Source of the DNA: Patescibacteria group bacterium
Lineage (GTDB): Bacteria > Patescibacteriota > Patescibacteriia > 2-01-FULL-39-33
Direction of reading: 5' to 3'
DNA: 32,000 nt
NCBI GenBank assembly: GCA_041649575.1
Contig: JBAZMW010000002.1
Location: 150,001 to 182,000 of the forward strand
Notes under the pieces: generated by a model
Told to the model about the DNA's origin: nothing
Seen by the model: only the letters and a program-made list of their open reading frames with translations
Databases searched by the model: none
Position numbers and translations under genes: made by a program
Shown here: piece after piece, positions 16,007 through 23,875 of the stretch
How positions within the stretch are numbered: the first letter of the stretch is position 1
How the letters are laid out: each line of letters opens with the position of its first letter

Positions 16007-19000
16007 ATGCCAGAAAAAGGACTATCTTTAAATGCCGAGCAACAAGCCGCGGTTCTTCATGATCAAGGGCCGCTTTTAATCGTGGCTGGCGCCGGCACCG
16101 GCAAAACCACGGTGATTACCGAAAGAATAGCTTATTTGATAAAAAACAAAAATTGCCGGCCGGAGGAAATTTTGGCCCTAACCTTTACCGACAAAGCCGC
16201 CGGTGAAATGGAGGAGAGAGTCGATCGTCTTTTGCCTTACGGTTATGTCGATTTATGGATTCACACCTTTCACGCTTTTGCCGAAAAAGTTTTACACGAC
16301 CACGGCCTGGAAATTGGTCTGCCCAATGATTTTAAGCTGCTCAGTACCACCGAGCAATGGCTTTTGGTTCGTCAAAATTTGGAAAAATTTCCACTGGATT
16401 ATTACCGGCCGCTGGGCAACCCGGTCAAGTTTATCCATGCCTTGTTAAAACATTTTTCGCGCGCCAAGGACGAGAATATTTCTCCCGCAGATTATCTAAA
16501 TTATGTCCAGGAATTAAAGCTTAATGCCGATGGCGCAGAATTTATTAAAACCATCATCGACGAAGAGACCAAAAAACAATTAAGCAAAAAAGAACTTAAA
16601 GAAATTTTGGCCCAGGAAATCGCCAAGCAGACAGAGGTGGCCGAAGCCTATCACAGCTATCAGCAGTTGCTTTTGGCCAACAGCGCGCTGGATTTTGGCG
16701 ATCTAATCAATTACGCCCTGAAACTCTTTACCACCAGAAAGAATATTCTTTTGAAATACCGCAACCAGTTCAAATATATTTTGGTTGATGAATTTCAAGA
16801 CACCAATTACGCTCAATATGAATTATTGAAGCTTTTGGTCGGGCCTCAAAGCAACCTGACGGTGGTCGGCGATGACGACCAGTCGATTTATAAGTTTCGG
16901 GGCGCTTCCATTTCCAATATTTTACAGTTCAAAGACGATTATCCGCAGGCCAAAGAAATTTTTCTCAACCAGAATTACCGCAGTTGTCAGAATATTTTAG
17001 ATTTGGCTTATCGTTTTATCAAGCAGAACGATCCTTATCGTTTGGAAGTCAAGCTGGCTGGCGCCAGACAGCTTTCCAAAAAGCTCTCGGCTCAAAAGGA
17101 CGGCCAAGGGGAAATCATTCATCTCCATGGCCGCCAGTTGGCCGACGAAGTGAAACTGGTGGTGGAAAAAATAATCAAGCTTTATAACAACTCTCAAGCC
17201 GTCTCCTGGTCGGACTTCGCCGTTCTGGTTCGAGCCAATTCCAGCGCCGATGATTTTTGCTACGCTCTGGAAATGGCTGGCGTTCCTTTTAATTTTGTCG
17301 CTTCCAAGGGCCTCTATTCCAAGGCGGTGGTTTTGGATCTTTTGGCATACCTGAAACTATTGGACAATTATCACGAGGGGCCGGCTATGTATCGCTTTTT
17401 GACGTTGCCGGTTTGGCAGATAAGTCAGAGCGATATCGTCAACTTGAATTATTGGGCCAAGAGGAAAGGCCAGTCGCTTTATGAGACTCTCAAGCAGTCG
17501 GCGGCTCTAAACAATTTTACCCCAGATTTCCAGAGGCAGATTGGTCAGCTTTTGGCGGTGCTGGAGAAGCACGCCCAGCTGGTCAGAGAAAACAAAAAAA
17601 CCACCGAAATTGTCCAAGCTTTTCTGGGCGACACCGGATATCTGAAGCAGCTTTCGGCCACGGATTCTCTGGCCAGTCGCGAACAGCTCGGCTATCTCAA
17701 TCAGTTCTATAAAAAAATCCAAAATTTTGAACAGACTAGCGCCCACAACTCGGTTAAAGATTTTTTGTCTCTGGTGGAGCTGGAGCTGGAAGCTGGCGAA
17801 GAGGGGAGTTTGGAGGTCAACCTGGAGGAAGAAGGCCCCGATACCGTGAAAATCATGACCATTCATGCCGCCAAAGGCTTGGAATTCAAATATGTTTTTA
17901 TCTCTAATTTGGTTGACAAGCGTCTGCCGACAATCGAGAGAAAAGACCCGATAGAATTGCCGGACAAGCTGGTCAAAGAAATTATTCCCGAGGGCGATAT
18001 TCATTTACAGGAAGAGAGACGGCTGATGTATGTGGCCATGACTCGCGCCAAAGACGGTCTGTACCTGACTTCGGCCGCTGATTATGGCGGCGTCAGAAAA
18101 AAGAAACTCTCTCGTTTTCTGACGGAGCTTGCCGATTTGGGTTTGCCGCTGGCGGCCGAAATCAAAGCCGAGAGAGTCGGCGATTTGTCGGCCCGCCGAC
18201 CTGCTCTAAGCGATAAGACCAGAGAAAAGGCCCCCGGCTTTTTACCCAGTAAATTCTCTTTTACCCAACTCAAGGCTTTTGAGAGCTGCCCTTATCAATA
18301 TCGCTTCGCCCATGTCTTGAAGATCCCAGTCAAAGGCAAGGCCCAATTTTCTTTTGGCAAAAGCATGCACGGAACTTTGCAGAAATTTTTTCTGTTGCTT
18401 AAGACCAAGCAAAACAAACGCCAGGGTGATTTGTTCGGCGCTAAAGATGGCAGTTCTGTCGAGGCCAGCGAAGCCGAGCTCTTAAAGATTTATCAAGAGA
18501 CTTTTATCGACGATTGGTATGCCAGCAGAAAGGAGCGTGACGAATATTTTGCCAAAGGCCAGAGGGCGCTTAAAGGATTTTTTGCCCTGCACCAGCTCAA
18601 CTGGCCAAGGGTGGCGGCGCTGGAACAGTCTTTTAATTTTAAGATTGCCGACGGCGGCGTTTATACTCTTTACGGTTTTATGGATCGTCTCGACGAGGTC
18701 GAGGGCGGCCTAAGAATCGTCGATTATAAAACCGGCCAGGCCAAAACCAAACTCTCCCCGGAAGACAAGGAACAGCTTTTGATTTATCAGCTGGCGGCCG
18801 AAAAGGTGCTGGCCGAAAAAGTCAAAGAGTTGGTTTTCTATTATCTCGATGAAAACAAAGCGGTTTCTTTTTTGGGCGACGATAAAGAGCTGGCCGCTCT
18901 AAGGAAAAAAATCATGGCCATCATAGATGAGATCAAAAAAGGGGAATTCCCGCCCAAGCCGGGAGAAATCTGCAAGTATTGTGATTTTAATGGTATTTGC

Positions 19001-19018
19001 GAATATCGTTATAAATAA
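16007..19018 (+). CDS. UvrD/PcrA-type superfamily 1A helicase fused to C-terminal PD-(D/E)XK nuclease with Fe-S cysteines
   Basis: 'LNAEQQAAVLHDQGPLLIVAGAGTGKTTVITERI', 'VVGDDDQSIYKFRGA', 'LFVAMTRAKDGLYLTSA'-like motif VI. C-terminus 'FESCPYQYRFAHVLKI...GFMDRLDEVEGGLRIVDYKTGQ...CKYCDFNGICEY'. Confidence 0.93.
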   Translation: MPEKGLSLNAEQQAAVLHDQGPLLIVAGAGTGKTTVITERIAYLIKNKNCRPEEILALTFTDKAAGEMEERVDRLLPYGYVDLWIHTFHAFAEKVLHDHGLEIGLPNDFKLLSTTEQWLLVRQNLEKFPLDYYRPLGNPVKFIHALLKHFSRAKDENISPADYLNYVQELKLNADGAEFIKTIIDEETKKQLSKKELKEILAQEIAKQTEVAEAYHSYQQLLLANSALDFGDLINYALKLFTTRKNILLKYRNQFKYILVDEFQDTNYAQYELLKLLVGPQSNLTVVGDDDQSIYKFRGASISNILQFKDDYPQAKEIFLNQNYRSCQNILDLAYRFIKQNDPYRLEVKLAGARQLSKKLSAQKDGQGEIIHLHGRQLADEVKLVVEKIIKLYNNSQAVSWSDFAVLVRANSSADDFCYALEMAGVPFNFVASKGLYSKAVVLDLLAYLKLLDNYHEGPAMYRFLTLPVWQISQSDIVNLNYWAKRKGQSLYETLKQSAALNNFTPDFQRQIGQLLAVLEKHAQLVRENKKTTEIVQAFLGDTGYLKQLSATDSLASREQLGYLNQFYKKIQNFEQTSAHNSVKDFLSLVELELEAGEEGSLEVNLEEEGPDTVKIMTIHAAKGLEFKYVFISNLVDKRLPTIERKDPIELPDKLVKEIIPEGDIHLQEERRLMYVAMTRAKDGLYLTSAADYGGVRKKKLSRFLTELADLGLPLAAEIKAERVGDLSARRPALSDKTREKAPGFLPSKFSFTQLKAFESCPYQYRFAHVLKIPVKGKAQFSFGKSMHGTLQKFFLLLKTKQNKRQGDLFGAKDGSSVEASEAELLKIYQETFIDDWYASRKERDEYFAKGQRALKGFFALHQLNWPRVAALEQSFNFKIADGGVYTLYGFMDRLDEVEGGLRIVDYKTGQAKTKLSPEDKEQLLIYQLAAEKVLAEKVKELVFYYLDENKAVSFLGDDKELAALRKKIMAIIDEIKKGEFPPKPGEICKYCDFNGICEYRYK

Positions 19019-19091
19019 CGAGTGTTTTTAGATAATTTTTTTGAATAATATTAAAACTTTTGTTATTGTGGATAATTTTTGGTATTTTCAT

Positions 19092-19120
19092 TTGACATAC
19101 AATAAAAAAAATTTTATATT
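19092..19120 (+). promoter_or_regulatory. Candidate promoter TTGACA-17-TATATT
   Basis: TTGACA 19092-19097, TATATT 19115-19120, in an AT-rich intergenic region. Confidence 0.5.
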
Positions 19121-19196
19121 TTAAAATTATAATGATTATTATAATTTTATTTTGTTTAAATTTAGCTAAATTATTGGTATTTTAAAAAAATTACTA

Positions 19197-19225
19197 TTGA
19201 CAAATATTTATCTATATGATATAAT
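19197..19225 (+). promoter_or_regulatory. Perfect-consensus promoter TTGACA-17-TATAAT
   Basis: TTGACA 19197-19202, 17-nt spacer, TATAAT 19220-19225. Confidence 0.75.
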
Positions 19226-19231
19226 TATAAT

Positions 19232-19795
19232 TGTAAAAAGATAAATAAGATATTTTTCGAATCTCCTTGCTCATGGCGTTACGCCAGTTATCTGGATGTA
19301 TCGCCATTGACAAGGGTCTTTGAAAGGCGTTAGAACTATAATTTAGAGGAGGATGGCGCTTTATACGCTGCCAGTCCTGGCTTCAAGATAACTTCTTGAG
19401 GCGAGGCGGCCGGCTAAGCGCCCTGGGAAATCAGGTCACAAAATATAATTTTGCGGGCCGTACGATTCTCCCGCCAATCACCCTCTAATAATTGTTCTAA
19501 AAAATCAGGCGGGGATCTTGTCCCTGCCGCGATGCGAAGGAAGCCAGTGCCCGTAAATCTGCGCCTGTTTGGCGCAGATCAGGGCAGTCAGAAAAAGTTC
19601 GGCAAGTAGCAAAACAAACATCTTTACCGTGGCCGGCAACTTTTTCTCAAGTTTTATTCGTATCGTGGCAGAGGTAAGCGGCCACTGCCCTCTCCTTGGT
19701 GGCAAGCCGGTTTGGTTTGTATGACCGACCGGCTTGCCTCTCTACTTTAGTCAACAAGATTTGTTGACTGGGGCAGGGAAGTCAACGAGGAGGGC
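19232..19795 (+). ncRNA. Candidate long structured RNA / long 5' leader of unknown class
   Basis: Immediately downstream of the consensus promoter, with no credible ORF and many stems. Examples: 19265-19315 (ccttg/caagg, atggcg/cgccat), 19508-19528, 19557-19579 (9 bp perfect), gaaaaagtt 19591-19599 / aactttttc 19638-19646, 19701-19738 (11 bp perfect), 19749-19769 (9 bp perfect). Confidence 0.5.
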
Positions 19796-19800
19796 GAGTC

Positions 19801-19989
19801 ATGATTGTACAATGTTGTAAGTGCCTTCGCGTACGCGAAGGTACACAAGGTAGTGAGTGGAGCCAGGAGCCCGGAGAACGTTTGACTGAAACAGACGTCT
19901 CCCATGGGTACTGCCCCGCTTGCACCGAGAAGGCGTTGGCAGAAGTACGCCAACACCATGGACAGAAGGAGGATACGCGGACCGAATAG
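19801..19989 (+). CDS. 62-aa mini-protein with two CxxC knuckles
   Basis: MIVQCCKCLRVREG...VSHGYCPACTEKALAEVRQHHG. SD GAGGAGGG at 19787-19794. Followed by a terminator. Confidence 0.65.
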   Translation: MIVQCCKCLRVREGTQGSEWSQEPGERLTETDVSHGYCPACTEKALAEVRQHHGQKEDTRTE

Positions 19990-20001
19990 GACCGCGTTTT
20001 A
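19975..20001 (+). terminator. Terminator overlapping the mini-protein stop codon
   Basis: acgcgg ... ccgcgt then tttaatttt. Confidence 0.5.
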
Positions 20002-20086
20002 ATTTTCTCAAAAATTATCAATAAATTTTTAAAGCACTCTTGACAACATCTTGTTTTTGATTTTTTTTCTGTGTTATAATTTTTTT

Positions 20087-20212
20087 GCAGGGAAGGATTA
20101 TCACTCGTCATATTACCAGTTACACTTTAAACTCTCTCCCCTTAGTGTGGCCTGGCAATATCCAGAGTGCCTTCTCTAAATCCCGCCTTTACGGCGGGAT
20201 TTATATTTTTTA
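20087..20212 (+). ncRNA. Candidate small RNA transcription unit (about 120 nt)
   Basis: TATAAT at 20075-20080 (upstream -35-like TTGTTT 20051-20056). Long-range stem gaagg-cactc 20092-20106 / gagtg-ccttc 20165-20174. Strong terminator at 20177-20203. Own promoter for the next gene follows. Confidence 0.5.
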
Positions 20213-20217
20213 TTTTG
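20177..20217 (+). terminator. Rho-independent terminator
   Basis: taaatcccgcc tttac ggcgggattta then tattttttatttt. 11-bp stem. Confidence 0.85.
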
Positions 20218-20262
20218 TTAGTGTTTTATTTTGTGTTATAATAAGCCCATAAAAGGAGCGTT

Positions 20263-20643
20263 ATGACCATTAAGCAATTGCTTTATACCATTATTTTTGC
20301 CACTTTGGTTTGCTGGCTGGTGTGGTTTTTTGTTTTGTTTCAGATAGACCCGACCAGTAGCGGCCTCTTTGGTTTTTTTCTGTTTTATGCCAGTTTGTTT
20401 TTTGGACTAGCAGGCGCTTTTTTTCTGCTTAGCTTTGCCTGGCGCAAGGTTTTCGGCAAGCTGAATTTGGAATATAAGATTGTCGGCACTTCTTTCCGCC
20501 AATCGATTTTTTTGGCGCTACTGATAGTCGGCTTGCTGTTTTTACAAAGCAAGAATTTTTTGAGCTGGTGGAATGTTATTTTACTGGTGGTGGTGGTTAG
20601 TATTTTGGAGTATTTTTTCTTGACTACCAAGAAGACAATTTAG
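20263..20643 (+). CDS. Small integral membrane protein (126 aa), hypothetical
   Basis: SD AAAGGAG. Multiple hydrophobic segments. Confidence 0.7.
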   Translation: MTIKQLLYTIIFATLVCWLVWFFVLFQIDPTSSGLFGFFLFYASLFFGLAGAFFLLSFAWRKVFGKLNLEYKIVGTSFRQSIFLALLIVGLLFLQSKNFLSWWNVILLVVVVSILEYFFLTTKKTI

Positions 20644-20646
20644 GCT

Positions 20647-20913
20647 GTTGTCACCTTTCTTTTTTTAGAAAATTATTTTTAATGCCGCTTCTTTTCTAAA
20701 AAGAAGCGGCAGAAGAAAATCGCAGCTATTGTAAAATCCAGACAAAATTAGGTGAGTTTTCGCTAAGGCCATTAACTCCCCGCTCAGGCGCTAGCGCGCT
20801 GAGCGGGTCAAACATAATGGCCTTTGGCCTGCGGCCACCGCTCAAACTCCCAGCCAATTTTGTTCCTGGATTTTCCAGCGCTGCCTTTTTTGATCTGCTT
20901 TTCATAGGCTCGC
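20647..20913 (+). repeat. Nested-palindrome element, copy R2
   Basis: 13-bp hairpin 20683-20711; aaaatccag 20733-20741 / ctggatttt 20866-20874; acaaaatt 20742-20749 / aattttgt 20856-20863; aaggccatta 20765-20774 / taatggcctt 20815-20824; cccgctca / tgagcggg; 3' end ttttcataggctcgc. Confidence 0.85.
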
Positions 20914-20940
20914 CGTAATGATTTAAATAGGACAATAACG

Positions 20941-20970
20941 TTGACTAAAGCAGCGCAAAAAGGTTATAAT
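20941..20970 (+). promoter_or_regulatory. Promoter TTGACT-18-TATAAT for pheS
   Basis: TTGACT 20941-20946, TATAAT 20965-20970. pheS ATG at 20980. Confidence 0.7.
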
Positions 20971-20979
20971 ATTTTTATT

Positions 20980-22029
20980 ATGAAAGAAAAGCTCAAGCAG
21001 TTAAAAATCGAATTTTTTGAGGCGATCAAGAAAATAAAAACCGCCTCTGATTTGGAAAATTTAGAAAATAAATTTTTGAGCCGTAAAAACGGCTTGCTCA
21101 CCAATCTAATGAAAGGCCTGAAAGAGGTGGCGCGTGAAGAGGTGGCGGAGATCGGCCAATTAGCTAATGAGGTAAAAATCCAAATCACCGATGAATTAGA
21201 GGGCCTCAAAAGCAAGCTTTCCGACCAGAGAGTCGGTGATTTTGATTTTTCTCTGCCGGGCGAGATGCCGCCCATTGGTCATTTGCATTTGGTCACCGAG
21301 GCCATTCGCGAAATCGCTTCGATTTTTGAGGGTGTCGGCTTCCAGCGGGTCAGCTATCCGGAGGTAGAGTGGGATTATTATGCTTTTGAGGCCCTAAACA
21401 TGCCCTCTGATCATCCAGCCCGCGATGAGTGGGAAACGTTTTTTATCGACCGTGAAGCTGTCAGCAAAAAGTATGGTAAGAGGATTTTGACGCCCCATAC
21501 CTCTAACGCCCAGGTGCGGGAAATGGAAAAAGGCAGGTTGCCAATCCGCATGATGAATATCTCCAAAACCTATCGCCGGCAGATAGACATTTCTCATACC
21601 CCCATGTTTCATCAGTTCGAAGGCTTGGTGATTGATAAGGATATCAATATCACTCATCTCAAAGGCACGATCGATTACTTTGTTAAGAAATTTTTTGGAG
21701 CCGACAGGACAATTCGCCTAAGGCCGCATCATTTTCAATTCACCGAGCCGAGTTTTGAAGTGGATATTTCTTGCGGCTTGTGCCACGGTACCGGCAAGTT
21801 GGTGGATGGCTCGGCGTGTCGTATGTGCAAAGAGGGTTGGCTGGAGCTGGCTGGCGCTGGCATGGTGCATCCCAATGTCTTGAAATTTGGCGGTATCGAC
21901 TCGGGCAAATACAGCGGTTTTGCTTTTGGCTGGGGCGTGGAGCGGTGTTATACCATGAAAGCAGGATTAAACATCGATGATATTCGACTGTTGTATAAGA
22001 ATGATTTGCGGTTCAATACGCAGTTTTAA
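20980..22029 (+). CDS. pheS: Phenylalanyl-tRNA synthetase alpha subunit
   Basis: 'GEMPPIGHLHLVTEAIREIASIFEGVGFQRVSYPEVEWDYYAFEALNMPSDHPARDEWETFF', 'FEGLVIDKDINITHLKGT', 'WGVERC'. Confidence 0.95.
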   Translation: MKEKLKQLKIEFFEAIKKIKTASDLENLENKFLSRKNGLLTNLMKGLKEVAREEVAEIGQLANEVKIQITDELEGLKSKLSDQRVGDFDFSLPGEMPPIGHLHLVTEAIREIASIFEGVGFQRVSYPEVEWDYYAFEALNMPSDHPARDEWETFFIDREAVSKKYGKRILTPHTSNAQVREMEKGRLPIRMMNISKTYRRQIDISHTPMFHQFEGLVIDKDINITHLKGTIDYFVKKFFGADRTIRLRPHHFQFTEPSFEVDISCGLCHGTGKLVDGSACRMCKEGWLELAGAGMVHPNVLKFGGIDSGKYSGFAFGWGVERCYTMKAGLNIDDIRLLYKNDLRFNTQF

Positions 22030-22055
22030 TAAATTTATAAATAAGGCTGGTTTTC

Positions 22056-23135
22056 ATGAATTATATTAAACAACCAATTGGCTACATTAAAGCAGAGGGT
22101 TCTGGTCCTGATATAGTGGGTTCGGCTATTCGTATTTTAAAAGAAGTCGAAAAAAAGATGGATGTAAGATTTAAACTAATAGAGTATAAAGGCCAAGCGC
22201 CAGCACTGAAATATACCACTAAATCATTTACTGAACTAAAAAATTTTTATAAAAGAATTCGAGAAAGAAAGGGATGTATTATTCGTGGAGGAATTTACGC
22301 TAGACAGGTTTATAGATTGCGACACGATTTTAGGCTGACATATAAACCAATCTTAATCAACCCCATACCGGAATTGTTTGAAAATTCTCCTTTTAAGGCA
22401 GCCTTTGCCAAAAAAATAAACTTATTAATAGCCAGAGAAAACGCGCAAGGGCTATTGGTTTCCAAAGAGATATTAAAGAAAACAAAAACTAACGAGATAT
22501 TTGAGGGAAAATTTTTTTACGACAAAAATCTTTGCCGAAAGTTTATAGAAATGTGCTATCAGGCCGCTAGTAAAAGGAAGAAAAAAATCATGTTTTTAAT
22601 TAAGGGTGATGTTTGGAGTCGTCAGAGTTTTGGTGGTATGTGGTTTAGTTTATGGAAGGAGGTTGGAAAAAAATATCCAGAAGTGGAATTTGATTGGGAA
22701 CACGACGACACTTGGCTTGGCTATTTTATGAATCATCCAGAAAAATATGATATGGTAGTAGCTTTGGGCATTAGTGGCGATTTAATTACCGATCCGATTG
22801 CCACTTTAGCTTATGGCACCAGAGCAATTACTCCTAGCGCTAACATTGCTCCAGACGGTTTTATGACTGTTCAAACCATTCATGGCGCCGGAACCGGTAT
22901 ACCAAAAGGTAAGGCCAATCCCATCGCCATGATTAGAGGCATTGGTCTATTGATGGAATATTTTTTTGAAATGCCAGAGATGAAAAATCTTATCGATCTA
23001 TCTATAAGAAAGGTACTGGCCAGAGGATATAGAACAATAGATATTTATCTTAGTAATAATCCCAAACACAAATTGATCGGCTGTAAAGAAATGACCAGCT
23101 TAATAGTAGAAGAGATGCAAAAACTAACCAGTTAA
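22056..23135 (+). CDS. Isocitrate/isopropylmalate dehydrogenase superfamily protein (divergent)
   Basis: 'PIGYIKAEGSGPDIVGSAIRILKEV' (GDGxGPE-like N-terminus), 'YDMVVALGISGDLITDPIATLAYGTRAITPSANI', 'HGAGTGIPKGKANPIAMIRGIGLLMEY'. Confidence 0.85.
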   Translation: MNYIKQPIGYIKAEGSGPDIVGSAIRILKEVEKKMDVRFKLIEYKGQAPALKYTTKSFTELKNFYKRIRERKGCIIRGGIYARQVYRLRHDFRLTYKPILINPIPELFENSPFKAAFAKKINLLIARENAQGLLVSKEILKKTKTNEIFEGKFFYDKNLCRKFIEMCYQAASKRKKKIMFLIKGDVWSRQSFGGMWFSLWKEVGKKYPEVEFDWEHDDTWLGYFMNHPEKYDMVVALGISGDLITDPIATLAYGTRAITPSANIAPDGFMTVQTIHGAGTGIPKGKANPIAMIRGIGLLMEYFFEMPEMKNLIDLSIRKVLARGYRTIDIYLSNNPKHKLIGCKEMTSLIVEEMQKLTS

Positions 23136-23328
23136 GTTGTCACTTTTCTTTTTTTAGTAAAAAGAAAAGCTGACGCAAAAGAAAAAAGCGCGATCTAATG
23201 AAAATTTGGCGCTTTAAGTCAAAATCCTAACAAAATTTTTAAACTCGCTTCGCCTACGGCTCGCTCAAACAGTAAAAATTTAGTAACGGATTTTGCCTTA
23301 CGCTTATTCCAAATTTTCATAGGCTCGC
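23136..23328 (+). repeat. Nested-palindrome element, copy R3
   Basis: Starts gttgtcac immediately after the preceding stop codon and ends ttttcataggctcgc as in R2. Arms atgaaaatttgg 23198-23209 / ccaaattttcat 23309-23320; aaaatcc / ggatttt 23221-23227 / 23288-23294. About 64 nt are near-identical to the reverse complement of R1. Confidence 0.85.
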
Positions 23329-23339
23329 ATTGTAAAAAA

Positions 23340-23831
23340 ATGAGAAGAATTAATAAAAATACATTGAAATGGATAATAGGAACGATAATCGTACCTATTA
23401 TTATAGCTGTAATAATGGTTAGTAATCAAGTACAGCAAAGCATAACTAATAGTGACAATTCTATTATGGCTGGTATAAATATTGCTAAAACCACTGGTGA
23501 CAATAGTCCAGCCGTGGTTGGTGATAATAATAATTTTGAATACCATGTTAGTACTACAAGCACGCCTCAAAGACATGTTGATCAAAAGGTTATCGATTAT
23601 TTAAATAGAGAAATACCCAAAGATGATCAAATAAAAATATTTATTGGGGCTGTTGCTCTTGATTCGGAAGCGTATATTTTTGCACAAGAAATATTTCATT
23701 ATTTAACTGGTAAGTATAAAAATGTATATGGCATTGAATCTTTGGTGAATGATAATATGTCCCCAGGAATTCATATACACAAAAAGTTACAAGAAAAAAA
23801 TATTTATATTGATATTCAAACTCATGAATAA
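23340..23831 (+). CDS. N-terminally membrane-anchored hypothetical protein (163 aa)
   Basis: TM segment 'WIIGTIIVPIIIAVIMV' followed by an Asn/Thr-rich extracytoplasmic domain. Confidence 0.6.
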   Translation: MRRINKNTLKWIIGTIIVPIIIAVIMVSNQVQQSITNSDNSIMAGINIAKTTGDNSPAVVGDNNNFEYHVSTTSTPQRHVDQKVIDYLNREIPKDDQIKIFIGAVALDSEAYIFAQEIFHYLTGKYKNVYGIESLVNDNMSPGIHIHKKLQEKNIYIDIQTHE

Positions 23832-23875
23832 TATAAAATACAGCCCTGTTTTGATAAAAATAGATTAAATAAAAT

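Noticed and set aside
19505-19705. 66-aa minus-strand ORF with a hydrophobic stretch (MFVLLLAELFLTALICAKQ)
   Set aside because: It lies inside the stem-rich leader. Its C-terminal part is the complement of perfect hairpins and no promoter was seen on the minus strand. Not fully excluded; ribosome profiling would settle it.
19232-19795. Identification as tmRNA, RNase P RNA or SRP RNA
   Set aside because: By eye I found no tmRNA tag/CCA acceptor pair, no GAGGAAAGUC...ACAGAAA core, and no GGAAGnnAGCAG SRP loop. A covariance-model scan is still required.
19782-20111. Minus-strand ORFs (109, 70 aa) and 70-aa ORF opposite the 62-aa mini-protein
   Set aside because: The plus-strand ORF has the promoter, SD, terminator and Cys pairs. 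The minus frames have none.
20726-20935. 70-aa minus-strand ORF in R2
   Set aside because: It is entirely within the palindromic element and has no SD.
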